Shown: positions 9,316 through 19,223, counted from the first letter of the stretch. The stretch: 64,000 nt of DNA from Minisyncoccia bacterium (GCA_041742965.1 JBGTNQ010000004.1:716-64715), one strand, 5' to 3'. Notes: generated by a model from the sequence alone, not told the origin. Numbers and translations: made by a program.

Positions 9316-9385
9316 AATCCTCAAGATTATAACTATACAGGCGTGATGTTATAATAATTAAACATTAACCTAAAATAAACTCTTT

Positions 9386-9787
9386 ATGGTACTTTCAGTA
9401 ATAATCGCATCAGTAGCAAGTATGGTATTTGGTTTTATTTGGTTTTCACCAATACTGTTTGGAAAAAAGTGGATGGAGCTTTCTGGTCTTATCACAGAAA
9501 GTATGTCTCTGATGAAAGGACATGGTATGGCAAAGATCTATATTGGAAACTTTGCAATGGAAATTATTACCGCTTTTGTACTTTTTAATTTTCTGAGAAT
9601 ACTTGATGTATCATCTAGTGCCGGTGGTGTAGAAATAGCTCTTTGGCTGTGGTTTGGTTTTGTGTTACCAATAGAAGTGGGCCAGACATTGTGGATGAAG
9701 AAACCTATAATGTTACTTTTGATTAACTCTCTTCACAGGCTTGGCTCAATAACCATAATCGCCCTAATACTAACTTCTTTCTTTTAA
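9386..9787 (+). CDS. DUF1761-family membrane protein
   Basis: N-terminus SMVFGFIWFSPILFGKKWMEL matches the DUF1761 signature. 4 TM segments. Confidence 0.5.
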   Translation: MVLSVIIASVASMVFGFIWFSPILFGKKWMELSGLITESMSLMKGHGMAKIYIGNFAMEIITAFVLFNFLRILDVSSSAGGVEIALWLWFGFVLPIEVGQTLWMKKPIMLLLINSLHRLGSITIIALILTSFF

Positions 9788-9789
9788 AA

Positions 9790-10917
9790 ATGTTTAGAAA
9801 AACCATTTGCCTTTTCTTATTTGTCTTTTTTTTAATTCCGACTATTTCCTATGGCCAAAATGAACTGCATGAGGACATTCAGGGAGTGTGGAGGTCTGAA
9901 GTTATTGAGATCTTGGACCAAGATACGCGCCTAGTCCCCGGCACAGATACAGAAACAATATTTCAAACAATTCGTGTCGAGATACTTGAAGGAGATAGGA
10001 AGGGAGATATAGTTACCGTAGAAAACGACTATCTAGCTCTTGAAAAGGGAGATGTCTTTTTTATGAACTACCTCATAACAATAAACGGGGATGAGATATA
10101 TTCTGTGGGAGATGTAGACAGGAGAGGGGTCCTTGTTTTCTGGGTAGCAATCTTCTGCTTGGTAGTTTTAGCTTTGAGTGGTAAACAGGGTGTCAGATCA
10201 CTTTTGAGCTTGGCTGGAAGTCTCTTTGTAATAGTTTACTTTCTCCTTCCTGGTCTTTTATCTGGCATGTCTCCTGTAATACTGAGCACACTTATTGCTG
10301 GTGCAATATTGTTTTTTGGTATATATGTAACCCACGGATTTAACAGAGAATCTTCAGTGGCTTTTGTGGGCACGGTCTCTGCTGTTGTAATGACCAGTTT
10401 TCTGGCTCATATAGCAGTAACAACGAGCAAATTGTCCGGTTTTGCTTCAGACGAATCAGTGTTTTTAAATGTGGTTACGCGTGGGTCTTTAAATTTTGAA
10501 GGTTTGCTTCTCGGTGGAATCATAATCGGTATCTTGGGCGTACTAGACGACATTGCTGTAACTCAAGTGGCTATAGTGAGGGAACTTTTCAAAACAAACC
10601 CAAATCTTACAAAGAGAGAGGTCTATGTAAAAGCAATACGCATCGGAAAAGAGCATGTCGGGGCCCTAGTAAACACACTGGCCCTTGCTTACACTGGTGC
10701 CTCCCTTCCCCTTCTTCTTCTGTTTTCAAACTCTACATCAAACCCAGGAATGATATTGAACGGAGAAATAATTGCTACAGAAATAATACGAACGATTATC
10801 GGAAGCATCGGCCTTGTTATGACGGTTCCTATTACCACTCTACTTGCTGTCCATTTCTTGAAAGACTACGACGGAGAAACTCATATGCACCATTCACATC
10901 ACGGGCATACACATTAG
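9790..10917 (+). CDS. YibE/F-like polytopic membrane protein with His-rich C-terminus
   Basis: Signal/TM, then about 110-aa extracytoplasmic domain, then 6-7 TM segments. C-terminal HMHHSHHGHTH. Family call is tentative. Confidence 0.4.
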   Translation: MFRKTICLFLFVFFLIPTISYGQNELHEDIQGVWRSEVIEILDQDTRLVPGTDTETIFQTIRVEILEGDRKGDIVTVENDYLALEKGDVFFMNYLITINGDEIYSVGDVDRRGVLVFWVAIFCLVVLALSGKQGVRSLLSLAGSLFVIVYFLLPGLLSGMSPVILSTLIAGAILFFGIYVTHGFNRESSVAFVGTVSAVVMTSFLAHIAVTTSKLSGFASDESVFLNVVTRGSLNFEGLLLGGIIIGILGVLDDIAVTQVAIVRELFKTNPNLTKREVYVKAIRIGKEHVGALVNTLALAYTGASLPLLLLFSNSTSNPGMILNGEIIATEIIRTIIGSIGLVMTVPITTLLAVHFLKDYDGETHMHHSHHGHTH

Positions 10918-10935
10918 TTTGTTATAATATAGGCT

Positions 10936-12015
10936 TTGAATAATCATACATCTTGGCATTTATATAATAAGACTGAAGACGCTTGGCTCTCAATGAAAGA
11001 AGCGTGTATAAATGCACAAAAAACAATAGACATAGAACAATATATCATTGAGAAAGACGATATCGGGCAAGAGCTTTTTGAACTTCTGGCCAGCAAACAG
11101 AAAGAAGGTGTGCATGTACGAATACTCTGTGACATGGTCGGGAGCTACTCTTTTTTTGCATCTGATTTACCCAATGCGCTGAGAGATGTGGGGGTTAATG
11201 TTCGCTTCTTCAACATAATAAAACCTTGGCGAATTCATTCATTTTTTTCTTGGTTCTTTAGGGACCATAGAAAAATTATGGTTGTCGATAATAATGTAGG
11301 CTTTATAGGTGGAGTAGGGTTTAGAGACGATATGAGGGATTGGCGTGATACGCATGTCAAAGTTATAGGGCCGGTAGTTAAAGAAATGCGTTTGGCCTTT
11401 GAAGAGATGTGGGAAACCGCGGGCAAGGAAAATTTCTTCAGAAGGATGGAGCGGACAAGGAAATTTATCCCTGGATTCAACTTCCTTACAAATTCACCAT
11501 TCGTTAGAAAAAGGTTCATCTATAGAAATATAATTTCTACATTAAAAAACGCCCGTAAATACGTATTCATCACAACACCGTATTTTGTACCAGATCGAAG
11601 ATTAAGAAAGGCCTTTATCCAAGCATCAAAAAGAGGGGTGTCTGTACAAATACTTATACCAAAAACATCAAATTATTTGGTTATCGACCGCGCCTCTAGA
11701 ACATGTTTTGATCAACTCTTATCGGCAGGAGTGAGAATATTTCTATACCAAGGAGAAATGCTTCACGCCAAAACCGCGGTCTCCGACGACACGTGGGCAA
11801 GTATTGGCAGTTTCAACCTAGATTCTTTGAGTTGTTTCTATAACTACGAAGCAAATATAATATCTACAAAACCTGAGTTTATCCTTGAGTTAAGAGATTT
11901 TTTTGAACATGATTTAAAACTAGCCGAAGAGGTGTCTCTAGATGGTTGGAGGGAAAGATCCAAAATACAGAAGTTTTATGAACTACTCATATACCCATTT
12001 CGTAGATTCTTATAA
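10936..12015 (+). CDS. Phospholipase D family protein (cardiolipin synthase-like), two HKD motifs
   Basis: First HKD motif: HRKIMVVDNNVGFIGGVG. Second HKD motif: LHAKTAVSDDTWASIGSFNLD. Confidence 0.65.
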   Translation: MNNHTSWHLYNKTEDAWLSMKEACINAQKTIDIEQYIIEKDDIGQELFELLASKQKEGVHVRILCDMVGSYSFFASDLPNALRDVGVNVRFFNIIKPWRIHSFFSWFFRDHRKIMVVDNNVGFIGGVGFRDDMRDWRDTHVKVIGPVVKEMRLAFEEMWETAGKENFFRRMERTRKFIPGFNFLTNSPFVRKRFIYRNIISTLKNARKYVFITTPYFVPDRRLRKAFIQASKRGVSVQILIPKTSNYLVIDRASRTCFDQLLSAGVRIFLYQGEMLHAKTAVSDDTWASIGSFNLDSLSCFYNYEANIISTKPEFILELRDFFEHDLKLAEEVSLDGWRERSKIQKFYELLIYPFRRFL

Positions 12016-12087
12016 ATAAACGCCGTATTGTTCAAAAAGCTTTAAAATGCTATACATAATGGGATATTATCGATTAACATATATTCA

Positions 12088-12603
12088 TTGAGCTACACAA
12101 AAATCAATCACCAAATTAAAGCACCTGAGCTGCGCATTATAGGGCCAGAGGGAGAGAACTTCGGAGTAATGAAGTTATCGGATGCTTTAAATAAAGCGCA
12201 AGAGCTAGACTTTGACTTGATAGAGATATCTCCAAACGCAAACCCTCCAATCGGAAAGATAATGGATTATGGCAAGTATCAATATGCTGAAAACAAAAAG
12301 CAAAAAGTTGCAAAATCAAAAACCCACTCTGTAGAAGTCAAAAATGTGCAAGTCAAAGTCGGCACCGGCGAACATGATCTAAGCCTTAAAGCGAGAAAGG
12401 CCTCAGAGTGGTTAAAAGAAGGTCATCGTATAAAAGTAGATTTATTCCTGCCAGGAAGGACGAAATATATGAATGAAAGCTTTCTAAAAGAGCGCCTTGA
12501 TAGAATTTTAAAGCTAATTACAGAAGACTTTAAAGTTGCGGATAGTCCTAAAAGAAGTCCGAAGGGGCTGTCAGTAATAATAGAAAGAGGAAACTCTAAG
12601 TAG
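12088..12603 (+). CDS. infC: Translation initiation factor IF-3
   Basis: IKAPELRIIGPEGENFGVMKLSDALNKAQELDFDLIEISPNANPPIGKIMDYGKYQY aligns with IF-3. Apparent non-AUG (TTG) start, as is common for infC. Confidence 0.85.
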   Translation: MSYTKINHQIKAPELRIIGPEGENFGVMKLSDALNKAQELDFDLIEISPNANPPIGKIMDYGKYQYAENKKQKVAKSKTHSVEVKNVQVKVGTGEHDLSLKARKASEWLKEGHRIKVDLFLPGRTKYMNESFLKERLDRILKLITEDFKVADSPKRSPKGLSVIIERGNSK

Positions 12604-12709
12604 TTTCGTGGGCGTATAATCAAAATCTAACAGCCTGATTAATAAATACTGTTGGACTAGACAAAACCCTAAAAACAAGTAATATAGAGTGCCGTGGCTT
12701 AAAAATTAT

Positions 12710-12904
12710 ATGGCAATAAAGACAAACAAATCATACTCAAAAAGGCTGAAAGTAACAAAAAACGGCAAGATTCTAAGTAGAAAAGCTGGACAAAACCACT
12801 TCAACGCTAAAGAGTCTCGTAGACGAAATCAGCTTCGTAAAAAAAGGACTGATGGTCTTGTCATTTCTAATAAATCAAAAAGTAAGTTTTTGGTAAATAT
12901 ATAA
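12710..12904 (+). CDS. rpmI: 50S ribosomal protein L35
   Basis: Basic 64-aa protein MAIKTNKSYSKRLKVTKNGKILSRKAG. Conserved infC-rpmI-rplT order. Start moved to ATG 12710. Confidence 0.75.
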   Translation: MAIKTNKSYSKRLKVTKNGKILSRKAGQNHFNAKESRRRNQLRKKRTDGLVISNKSKSKFLVNI

Positions 12905-12908
12905 AAAT

Positions 12909-13253
12909 ATGACTAGAGTAAAGAAGGGAGTAAATGCACTAAAAAATAGGAGAAATGTCCTAAAACAAGTAAAAGGATACCGTTTTGGTCGTGGCACCAA
13001 AGAACGACAAGCAAATGAGGCAATATTCCATGCCGGTACATATGCATTTGCTCATAGGAGAGACAAAAAAGGAGACTTCAGGAGACTTTGGAATGTACGC
13101 ATCAATGCAGCTCTCAGACCTTTGGGACATACATATAGTAAGTTTATTGATGCTTTAAAAAAGAAAAATATCGAACTAGACAGAAAAATTCTCTCGGAAC
13201 TGGCAGAAAATAACCCAGAAACATTTAAGAAAATTGTTGAGAAAGCTTTCTAA
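12909..13253 (+). CDS. rplT: 50S ribosomal protein L20
   Basis: MTRVKKGVNALKNRRNVLKQVKGYRFGRG ... AFAHRRDKKGDFRRLWNVRINAA. Confidence 0.9.
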   Translation: MTRVKKGVNALKNRRNVLKQVKGYRFGRGTKERQANEAIFHAGTYAFAHRRDKKGDFRRLWNVRINAALRPLGHTYSKFIDALKKKNIELDRKILSELAENNPETFKKIVEKAF

Positions 13254-13256
13254 ATC

Positions 13257-13290
13257 AAAAGTCCCACTTAAAAAGTGGGACTTTTGATTT
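13257..13290. terminator. Bidirectional intrinsic terminator
   Basis: aaaagtcccactt-aaa-aagtgggactttt. Lies between convergent rplT and the minus-strand MBL gene. Confidence 0.55.
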
Positions 13291-13303
13291 ATTGCTGAAA
13301 TAA

Positions 13304-14674
13304 CTAAAGAATACCTTTGTTACCCTTTTCTGGAACAACAACTTCAATATTGAAATTATCTCGCAATCTCTGAGCTAAAAATAAAGATGACTTTGGCTCA
13401 CCCATAACTACAAAAACTTTTTTCAACCTTCCTAAAGCTTTTTCTATAAAATCTACTAAAGCATCTGAATCTTTGTGAGCCGAGTAACCAGATATATTTT
13501 CTATCCTTGCTCTAACTTGAACCTTCTCTTCGTGAATAACAACCTCTTTCATCCCTTCTTCAAGCTTTCTTCCCAAAGTTCCTATGGCCTGATAACCCAT
13601 CAAAAGTATAGTGTTATTTGGATTTGGTAGATACCTTGCCTCATGATCAACGACCCTTCCGGCTGTAGACATTCCGGAACCAGCAATAATAATCTTAGGA
13701 GATGGGACGGATTCTATGTGCTGTGACTCTGCCACTCGAGCAGTTTCCTTAAATTTAGGAAAGTGAAAAATCTTATCTCCCCCCTGAATATCCCTCTTTA
13801 CCTCATCGTTATAGTGCCCAATCATTCTTTCATATATATCGGTTAGTCTAATAGCCAATGGAGAATCTAAGAAAACTGGAAGTGGGGAAATAGCTCCTGA
13901 TTCAACTAGATTATTAATCTGATAAACAATAATCTGAGCTCTCTCCAAAGAAAAAGCCGGTATTACTAGTGTGCCCTTGCGGGAGATAGTCTCTTTTATT
14001 ATCTCAACAAATCTTTTTTCCCTTACATCTTTAGGTTCATGGTTTCTGTCACCATATACACTGTCTATGACAATATAATCAGCATCATTAACAAACTCCG
14101 TGTCTTTGACCAAGGTTGACGGAGAGTTTCCGAGGTCACCAGTAAACAAAATTGTTTTTTTATTACCATCTTTTTCAGTTATAGAAAATAAAAACATTGA
14201 AGAACCTAGTATATGTCCGGCATCTTTAAGTGTGACACTGAGATTTTTACTAACAGTGTGGGGGGCATGATAAGAAAGAGTCTTCCATAGAGAAAACGCG
14301 CGAGTAACATCAGCCGTTGTGTATGGAGGCAAGGTCCCGTTGGCACGAGCCTCAGAATCAGCAATACGGGCTGCGTCAGCAAGCATAAGTTCTGCTAGCT
14401 CTTTTGTTGGTGCGGTGGAAAAAATAGTTCCCCTAAATCCATCCTTAACAAGTTTTGGTATTCGTCCTATATGATCAATATGTGCGTGAGTAACAAAAAG
14501 AAAATCTATACTATCTGGATTATATGGGAAATCTGCTTTATTAAAACTCTCAGCCTCCTTGAGGCCCTGAAGCATGCCGCAATCAATAAGAGCCCTGAAC
14601 CCTTCTCCTTCTAAGAGAAAATTCGCACCTGTTACTGTCCCAACGCCACTAAAAAAAGTTACTGATGATGACAT
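13304..14674 (-). CDS. MBL-fold beta-CASP family ribonuclease (RNase J / CPSF-like)
   Basis: HxHxDH motif as FVTHAHIDHIG. beta-CASP region and C-terminal RNA-metabolising domain. 456 aa. Confidence 0.6.
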   Translation of the reverse strand: MSSSVTFFSGVGTVTGANFLLEGEGFRALIDCGMLQGLKEAESFNKADFPYNPDSIDFLFVTHAHIDHIGRIPKLVKDGFRGTIFSTAPTKELAELMLADAARIADSEARANGTLPPYTTADVTRAFSLWKTLSYHAPHTVSKNLSVTLKDAGHILGSSMFLFSITEKDGNKKTILFTGDLGNSPSTLVKDTEFVNDADYIVIDSVYGDRNHEPKDVREKRFVEIIKETISRKGTLVIPAFSLERAQIIVYQINNLVESGAISPLPVFLDSPLAIRLTDIYERMIGHYNDEVKRDIQGGDKIFHFPKFKETARVAESQHIESVPSPKIIIAGSGMSTAGRVVDHEARYLPNPNNTILLMGYQAIGTLGRKLEEGMKEVVIHEEKVQVRARIENISGYSAHKDSDALVDFIEKALGRLKKVFVVMGEPKSSLFLAQRLRDNFNIEVVVPEKGNKGIL

Positions 14675-14675
14675 A

Positions 14676-15062
14676 TTACTTGTCCTTAAATTTCGAGGAG
14701 TATTTTATAGCAATATAAGCCCCAATTAATCCGAATAAAATATCACCTATGGTATCTAAAATATAACTTCCATGAGTCAAGGCGAAACCATTTACATACT
14801 CAAAAATTTCCCAAACTATGGCCACAATCAAAACCCCAGCGATAGTCAAGAAAAGCACTGACCTAGAAGAGATGCTATGAAAAAGGCGGTAAAGGATAAA
14901 AACGATGAGAAGTCCTAGAACAAAACCAGTAAGTGTGTGCAAAAGTATATCAAACCACCAGTAAATCCAATAGAAATAATTCTCAAGAGCTATTGTATGT
15001 AAAAAATACACAAGAATGGATAGGAGTAGAGTGGGAACAAGTATGGCTCTAAATTGATTCAT
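14676..15062 (-). CDS. Hypothetical 4-TM membrane protein (possibly VanZ-like)
   Basis: 128 aa, very hydrophobic. WEIFEYVNG...DTIGDILFGLIG is loosely VanZ-like. Confidence 0.35.
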   Translation of the reverse strand: MNQFRAILVPTLLLSILVYFLHTIALENYFYWIYWWFDILLHTLTGFVLGLLIVFILYRLFHSISSRSVLFLTIAGVLIVAIVWEIFEYVNGFALTHGSYILDTIGDILFGLIGAYIAIKYSSKFKDK

Positions 15063-15421
15063 ATACAGATATTAAGTATACCAAACGAGCGCCCCACCGC
15101 CTTTAGGGCGGTGGGGGTATCGATGGGGGTTATAAGCATTATTCCCTAGTACGAATACTTAGGTGGGTGTCCGCAATCTTGAACTTCGGATCCCGAGGGT
15201 TCAACCAGATCAAGATAATGTTAGACTCCCTGAATATAGCTTTGATCTAGAAAATATAACTAATAACCCTTATCACAATTATAGAACTACAAACACACAA
15301 TGCAAACTTTTTGGAGCATTAAGAAACATAACAGTAAAAAAGTAAAAATAAATATTAAAAAAATGAGTTAAAAAGGGAGTTTTTAAAAATAGAATAAATT
15401 AAAAAGGTAATTTTAATATTA

Positions 15422-15460
15422 AAAACAATTCCAGAGCTTTTATGCTCTGGAATTGTTTTT
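15422..15460. terminator. Intrinsic terminator (functional on either strand)
   Basis: aattccagagc-ttttat-gctctggaatt, flanked by AAAAA and GTTTTT. Confidence 0.5.
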
Positions 15461-15477
15461 AAACCTTATATTATTAA

Positions 15478-15636
15478 TTACTTCTTTGAAGGAAGAATTT
15501 TATACATACCCGTTCCGCAGACTGTGCAGGTCCCCTTTGCAGCTGGACGACCTGGCTTTATTTCAACTTGCTGAACATCCTTCATTTCTCGCTTTTCCTT
15601 ACATTTCACACAGTACCCAATTATTTGTTCTGTCAT
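15478..15636 (-). CDS. DUF5679-family small zinc-ribbon protein (52 aa; below the ORF-track size cutoff)
   Basis: Minus-strand translation MTEQIIGYCVKCKEKREMKDVQQVEIKPGRPAAKGTCTVCGTGMYKILPSKK. CxxC...CxxC. Terminator hairpin immediately 3'. Confidence 0.55.
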   Translation of the reverse strand: MTEQIIGYCVKCKEKREMKDVQQVEIKPGRPAAKGTCTVCGTGMYKILPSKK

Positions 15637-15856
15637 GTGTGTAGTATACCACACTTGAAAAACAATTCAACCGAAATATACCCATATTTTTAGACCCTTT
15701 CACTCAACCCGTTATAAATATGCTATAGCATATTTATAACGGGACTTGATATTTTCCTATTTTGAGCCATTTTCCCCAGTACTTATACATAGGGTAGTCC
15801 TATGTATGGGCATTTGCTCCATATTCAATATTCCTCATTCCATATTCTTCACCACA

Positions 15857-16453
15857 CTACTCCTTTATTCCATCAACATTTACGTCGTAAAGCATGGTCT
15901 CCTGTATCAAACGGTAGTTAGTGACCTCATCCTTTCCAAACCAAATATCAATCTCTCTAATTGCTTCGGAAACCTGGTCAGAGCAATGTATAAGATTCCT
16001 AACGGCCCTTCCGTTCACATTAGCAGCATCATAAGAATCTAGGGTGAAATCGCCTCGGATAGTTCCGACATCTGAGGTTAAGGGCTCCGTGCCTCCAACA
16101 AGCTTTTTAACAATACCAACCGCCTGATTACCTTCTACAACCATTGCGACAACCGGACCCAGGGTCATGTAATGAAAAAGTGCCTCTAAAACATCGCGAC
16201 CGTATTCAAGGGCGGTCTTTTCTGCCTTATCTCCATTTTTTTCTATATTCTCAATAGTACGAGTACCAACTTTTTCACACCACGCATCGTCTTTTCCATA
16301 ATGCTCTACAGCCTGTTCTTTTGTTGGAACAAACATCTTTAAAGCTGTTATTTTAAGTCCGGTTCTTTCAATACGACGAATAATCTCACCAATCAAAGTT
16401 CTCTGAATTCCATCGTGCTTAATAATTACAAATGTTTTTTCTTTCTGTGGCAT
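15857..16453 (-). CDS. ndk: Nucleoside diphosphate kinase, with an internal insertion
   Basis: ERTFVIIKHDGIQRTLIGEII. NxxHxSD as LIHCSDQVSEAIREIDIWF. Longer than canonical Ndk (198 aa). Confidence 0.8.
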   Translation of the reverse strand: MPQKEKTFVIIKHDGIQRTLIGEIIRRIERTGLKITALKMFVPTKEQAVEHYGKDDAWCEKVGTRTIENIEKNGDKAEKTALEYGRDVLEALFHYMTLGPVVAMVVEGNQAVGIVKKLVGGTEPLTSDVGTIRGDFTLDSYDAANVNGRAVRNLIHCSDQVSEAIREIDIWFGKDEVTNYRLIQETMLYDVNVDGIKE

Positions 16454-16507
16454 AAAAAATTATTAATTTAAAATTAGAGCTAGAGCATAACAAAGCTCTA
16501 CTAAAAA

Positions 16508-17281
16508 TCAAAGTCCTTCTGTGAGAATGATGGGGTCACCATCTGTAATAGCTATGGTGTGCTCAAAATGGGCGCTGTTGCTTCCATCTCTGGTCTTAAA
16601 GGTATATCCATCACCTTTCGCCACTATGGCCCCAGAGCCCAAAACGAGCATGGGCTCAATGGCAATGACCATACCTGACCGAAGCCTCTCTCCTCTCCCC
16701 TTTATACCCACATTTGGGATATATGGGTCTTCATGGACAGCATAACCAACACCATGACCTGCAAGATCTTCGGCAAGGTTAAGTTTCAATTTTTTAGAGA
16801 CCTTCTTTATAGCGGAGCCGATGTCCCCAACTCGTCTACCCCCCTTGGCCGCGTCTATGCCGGCATACAGTGCTTCTCGAGTCCCCTTTATAAGAATCTC
16901 GTTCTCTTTTGATATTTTTCCAACACCCACCGTAATGGCCGAATCAGTAATAAGGCCCTTATGTGAGAGGCCCAAATCCAGGGCGACAACATCACCGTCT
17001 TTTAAGATTTTTGGTTTCTCATTTGGTATACCGTGAACAATCTCATCATTCACAGAAACACAAAGCACGGCTGGGTAAGGTCTCTTGGCACCTTCTGGCG
17101 TATAGTTTAAAAAAGCAGATTCGTCTCCACCCTCTTTTACAAGACGGTAGGCGAGTTCGTTTAGTGTGGCAGTACTTACTCCAGGTAAGGTTTGTTTCGC
17201 TATCTCAGAAAGTATGTGTGCATGTCTAGCACCGCCAACTTTTAAAATCTCTATTTCTTCAGGAGTCTTTATGGTAATCAT
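16508..17281 (-). CDS. map: Methionine aminopeptidase type I
   Basis: Pita-bread fold motifs: DGDVVALDLG, HGVGYAVHEDP, metal-ligand pattern D/D/H/E/E. Confidence 0.9.
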   Translation of the reverse strand: MITIKTPEEIEILKVGGARHAHILSEIAKQTLPGVSTATLNELAYRLVKEGGDESAFLNYTPEGAKRPYPAVLCVSVNDEIVHGIPNEKPKILKDGDVVALDLGLSHKGLITDSAITVGVGKISKENEILIKGTREALYAGIDAAKGGRRVGDIGSAIKKVSKKLKLNLAEDLAGHGVGYAVHEDPYIPNVGIKGRGERLRSGMVIAIEPMLVLGSGAIVAKGDGYTFKTRDGSNSAHFEHTIAITDGDPIILTEGL

Positions 17282-17874
17282 TTAGATATGAATGGAAGGA
17301 CAGAAAGAATATCAGAATGCACTTTTTCTATGGATTGTTCGCCATTAATTTCATAAAAATGATTTTCCGAATTTTTGAAATATTCAATAGCAGGAAGAAC
17401 ATCTGCGTCAAACCAATCCAACCTCTTATTTACAGCATCTTCGGTCACATCATCAAACCTACCCCTCTCTTTTAAACGATCTTTTGACCAGTCTCGAGTA
17501 ACATTTAGGTGAAAGATATAGACTTTCTCCATATTCAAAAAAGAAAGCGCTGATTCAAGAATTTTTGCTTCATTTACAGAACGAGCTACACCATCAAGGA
17601 TTAAGTGTGATGGCCCTTTTAACTCATTGATAATCATATCTGACCACATATGAGCTCCCAAAAAATCTGGTTGACGGTCATTATTTTCGTATACAGATTT
17701 AGAAAGACCAGCCACAAATCCATCTGATTTTATAAAAGAGCGGAACCTGTCTCCTGTCTCTACATAAAAAATAGGCAGAGATGAATCTTTTGCCAAAAGG
17801 CCCTTTAGTAAGTGCGCTTGAGTGCCTTTTCCGCACCCAGAGCGACCAATGAATATGAAAGCGTTAGGATTCAT
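17278..17874 (-). CDS. adk: Adenylate kinase (divergent)
   Basis: P-loop GRSGCGKGTQA. Position between secY and map in the spc/alpha operon. Confidence 0.7.
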   Translation of the reverse strand: MNPNAFIFIGRSGCGKGTQAHLLKGLLAKDSSLPIFYVETGDRFRSFIKSDGFVAGLSKSVYENNDRQPDFLGAHMWSDMIINELKGPSHLILDGVARSVNEAKILESALSFLNMEKVYIFHLNVTRDWSKDRLKERGRFDDVTEDAVNKRLDWFDADVLPAIEYFKNSENHFYEINGEQSIEKVHSDILSVLPFISK

Positions 17875-17877
17875 AAA

Positions 17878-17909
17878 TAGCTTATAGCTTATAGCTTATA
17901 GCTTATAGG
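17878..17909. repeat. Short tandem repeat (AGCTTAT)x4 in the secY-adk intergenic region
   Basis: tagcttatagcttatagcttatagcttatagg. Degenerate relatives of the same motif continue to 17951. Confidence 0.6.
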
Positions 17910-17951
17910 GCTCAAAAGCTAGCAACTATAAGCTAAGAACTAAAAGCTGTC

Positions 17952-19223
17952 TTAGTATTCTCTAGCAGTAATCTGCGCTTCAACTTTCTTAATTAAATCA
18001 ATCACCACAGAAACAACAATGAGAAGAGCTGTGCCACCAATAGCAAGAGATTGAATACCGGTAATACTTCTCATAATAAGGGGTAGAACCGCTATAAGCC
18101 CCAAGAAGAGCGCTCCGACGAGGGTCAGGCGTGTAAGAATTTTCGCAATGTATTCGGACGTAGAAACACCTGGCCTAACCCCGGGAATAAACGCCCCATT
18201 CTTTTGCAAATTGGTAGATATCATATCTGGGTCAAATGTGACAGCGGTGTAAAAATATGTGAAAGCAAATACCAAAATGAAATATGAAATAGCGTAAACC
18301 CATTGATTGGCTATAGCATTCAAAACAAAACCGGACACGGAAGCCAAAGTAACATTGGTTGAACCAGCAAGGAAACTAAATATCATCTGCGGAAAGAGGA
18401 GGATTGAAAGTGCAAAAATGATAGGAATAACGCCGGCCTGATTAACGCGTAAGGGAAGATACGTGGAGACACCACCAAAAACTTTTGACCCCCTAACTCT
18501 CTTGGCATAAGTAACAGGAATGGGTCGCTCTGCTTCTGTAATAACCACAACACCAAATATGATGGCGACGGCAGCCACAAGAAAAGCTAAGTAAAGAGGA
18601 ATTTGAGATGGATCAAATCCGAAGTAGGTCTGGGCCAGAATCTGAGGCAGACTGGCAACAATACCAGCAAAGATAATTATGGATGTCCCGTTTCCTACTC
18701 CAAACTCAGTAATGAGCTCGCCAATCCACATTATAAGAACTGAACCAGCAGTGATAATTATCAGGTTTGTAATCATATCAAAACCACTCATCGGAGAGAT
18801 AACCCCCTGCCTAGTAAGAAGAGTTAGGAAACTGAAACCCTGAATAACTGCCAACGGAACAGTGAGCATTCTACTGTATTGAGAAAACTTCTTACGACCA
18901 ATTTCCCCTTCTTCCTGATGCATTGCTTTAAGCCTCGGAAATATGATCGTGGAAAGTTGCATTATGATTGAAGCGGTAATAAACGGGCCCATACCAAGCA
19001 TAATGATGGAGAGATTAGAAAAACCACCACCAGAAAAAAGATTAAGTAGCCCTAAGAACTCATTTCCAGAAAAGAAACTCTGCAACCTAGAAGCATCAAC
19101 ACCCGGTACGGGTATGGTTGCCAAGAGACGAAACAATACAAGTGCCCCTAAAACAAAAAGTATTCTATTCCGAAGAGTAGTATCTGATATTATGAGACGT
19201 ATCTTTTGGAAAAAAGTATTCAT
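17952..19223 (-). CDS. secY: Preprotein translocase subunit SecY
   Basis: 423 aa, 10 TM segments, typical SecY conserved blocks. Confidence 0.9.
   Translation of the reverse strand: MNTFFQKIRLIISDTTLRNRILFVLGALVLFRLLATIPVPGVDASRLQSFFSGNEFLGLLNLFSGGGFSNLSIIMLGMGPFITASIIMQLSTIIFPRLKAMHQEEGEIGRKKFSQYSRMLTVPLAVIQGFSFLTLLTRQGVISPMSGFDMITNLIIITAGSVLIMWIGELITEFGVGNGTSIIIFAGIVASLPQILAQTYFGFDPSQIPLYLAFLVAAVAIIFGVVVITEAERPIPVTYAKRVRGSKVFGGVSTYLPLRVNQAGVIPIIFALSILLFPQMIFSFLAGSTNVTLASVSGFVLNAIANQWVYAISYFILVFAFTYFYTAVTFDPDMISTNLQKNGAFIPGVRPGVSTSEYIAKILTRLTLVGALFLGLIAVLPLIMRSITGIQSLAIGGTALLIVVSVVIDLIKKVEAQITAREY

Noticed and set aside
15163-15345. 60-aa ORF in the 15063-15430 non-coding region
   Set aside because: No RBS. 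Low-complexity, AT-rich random-looking sequence.
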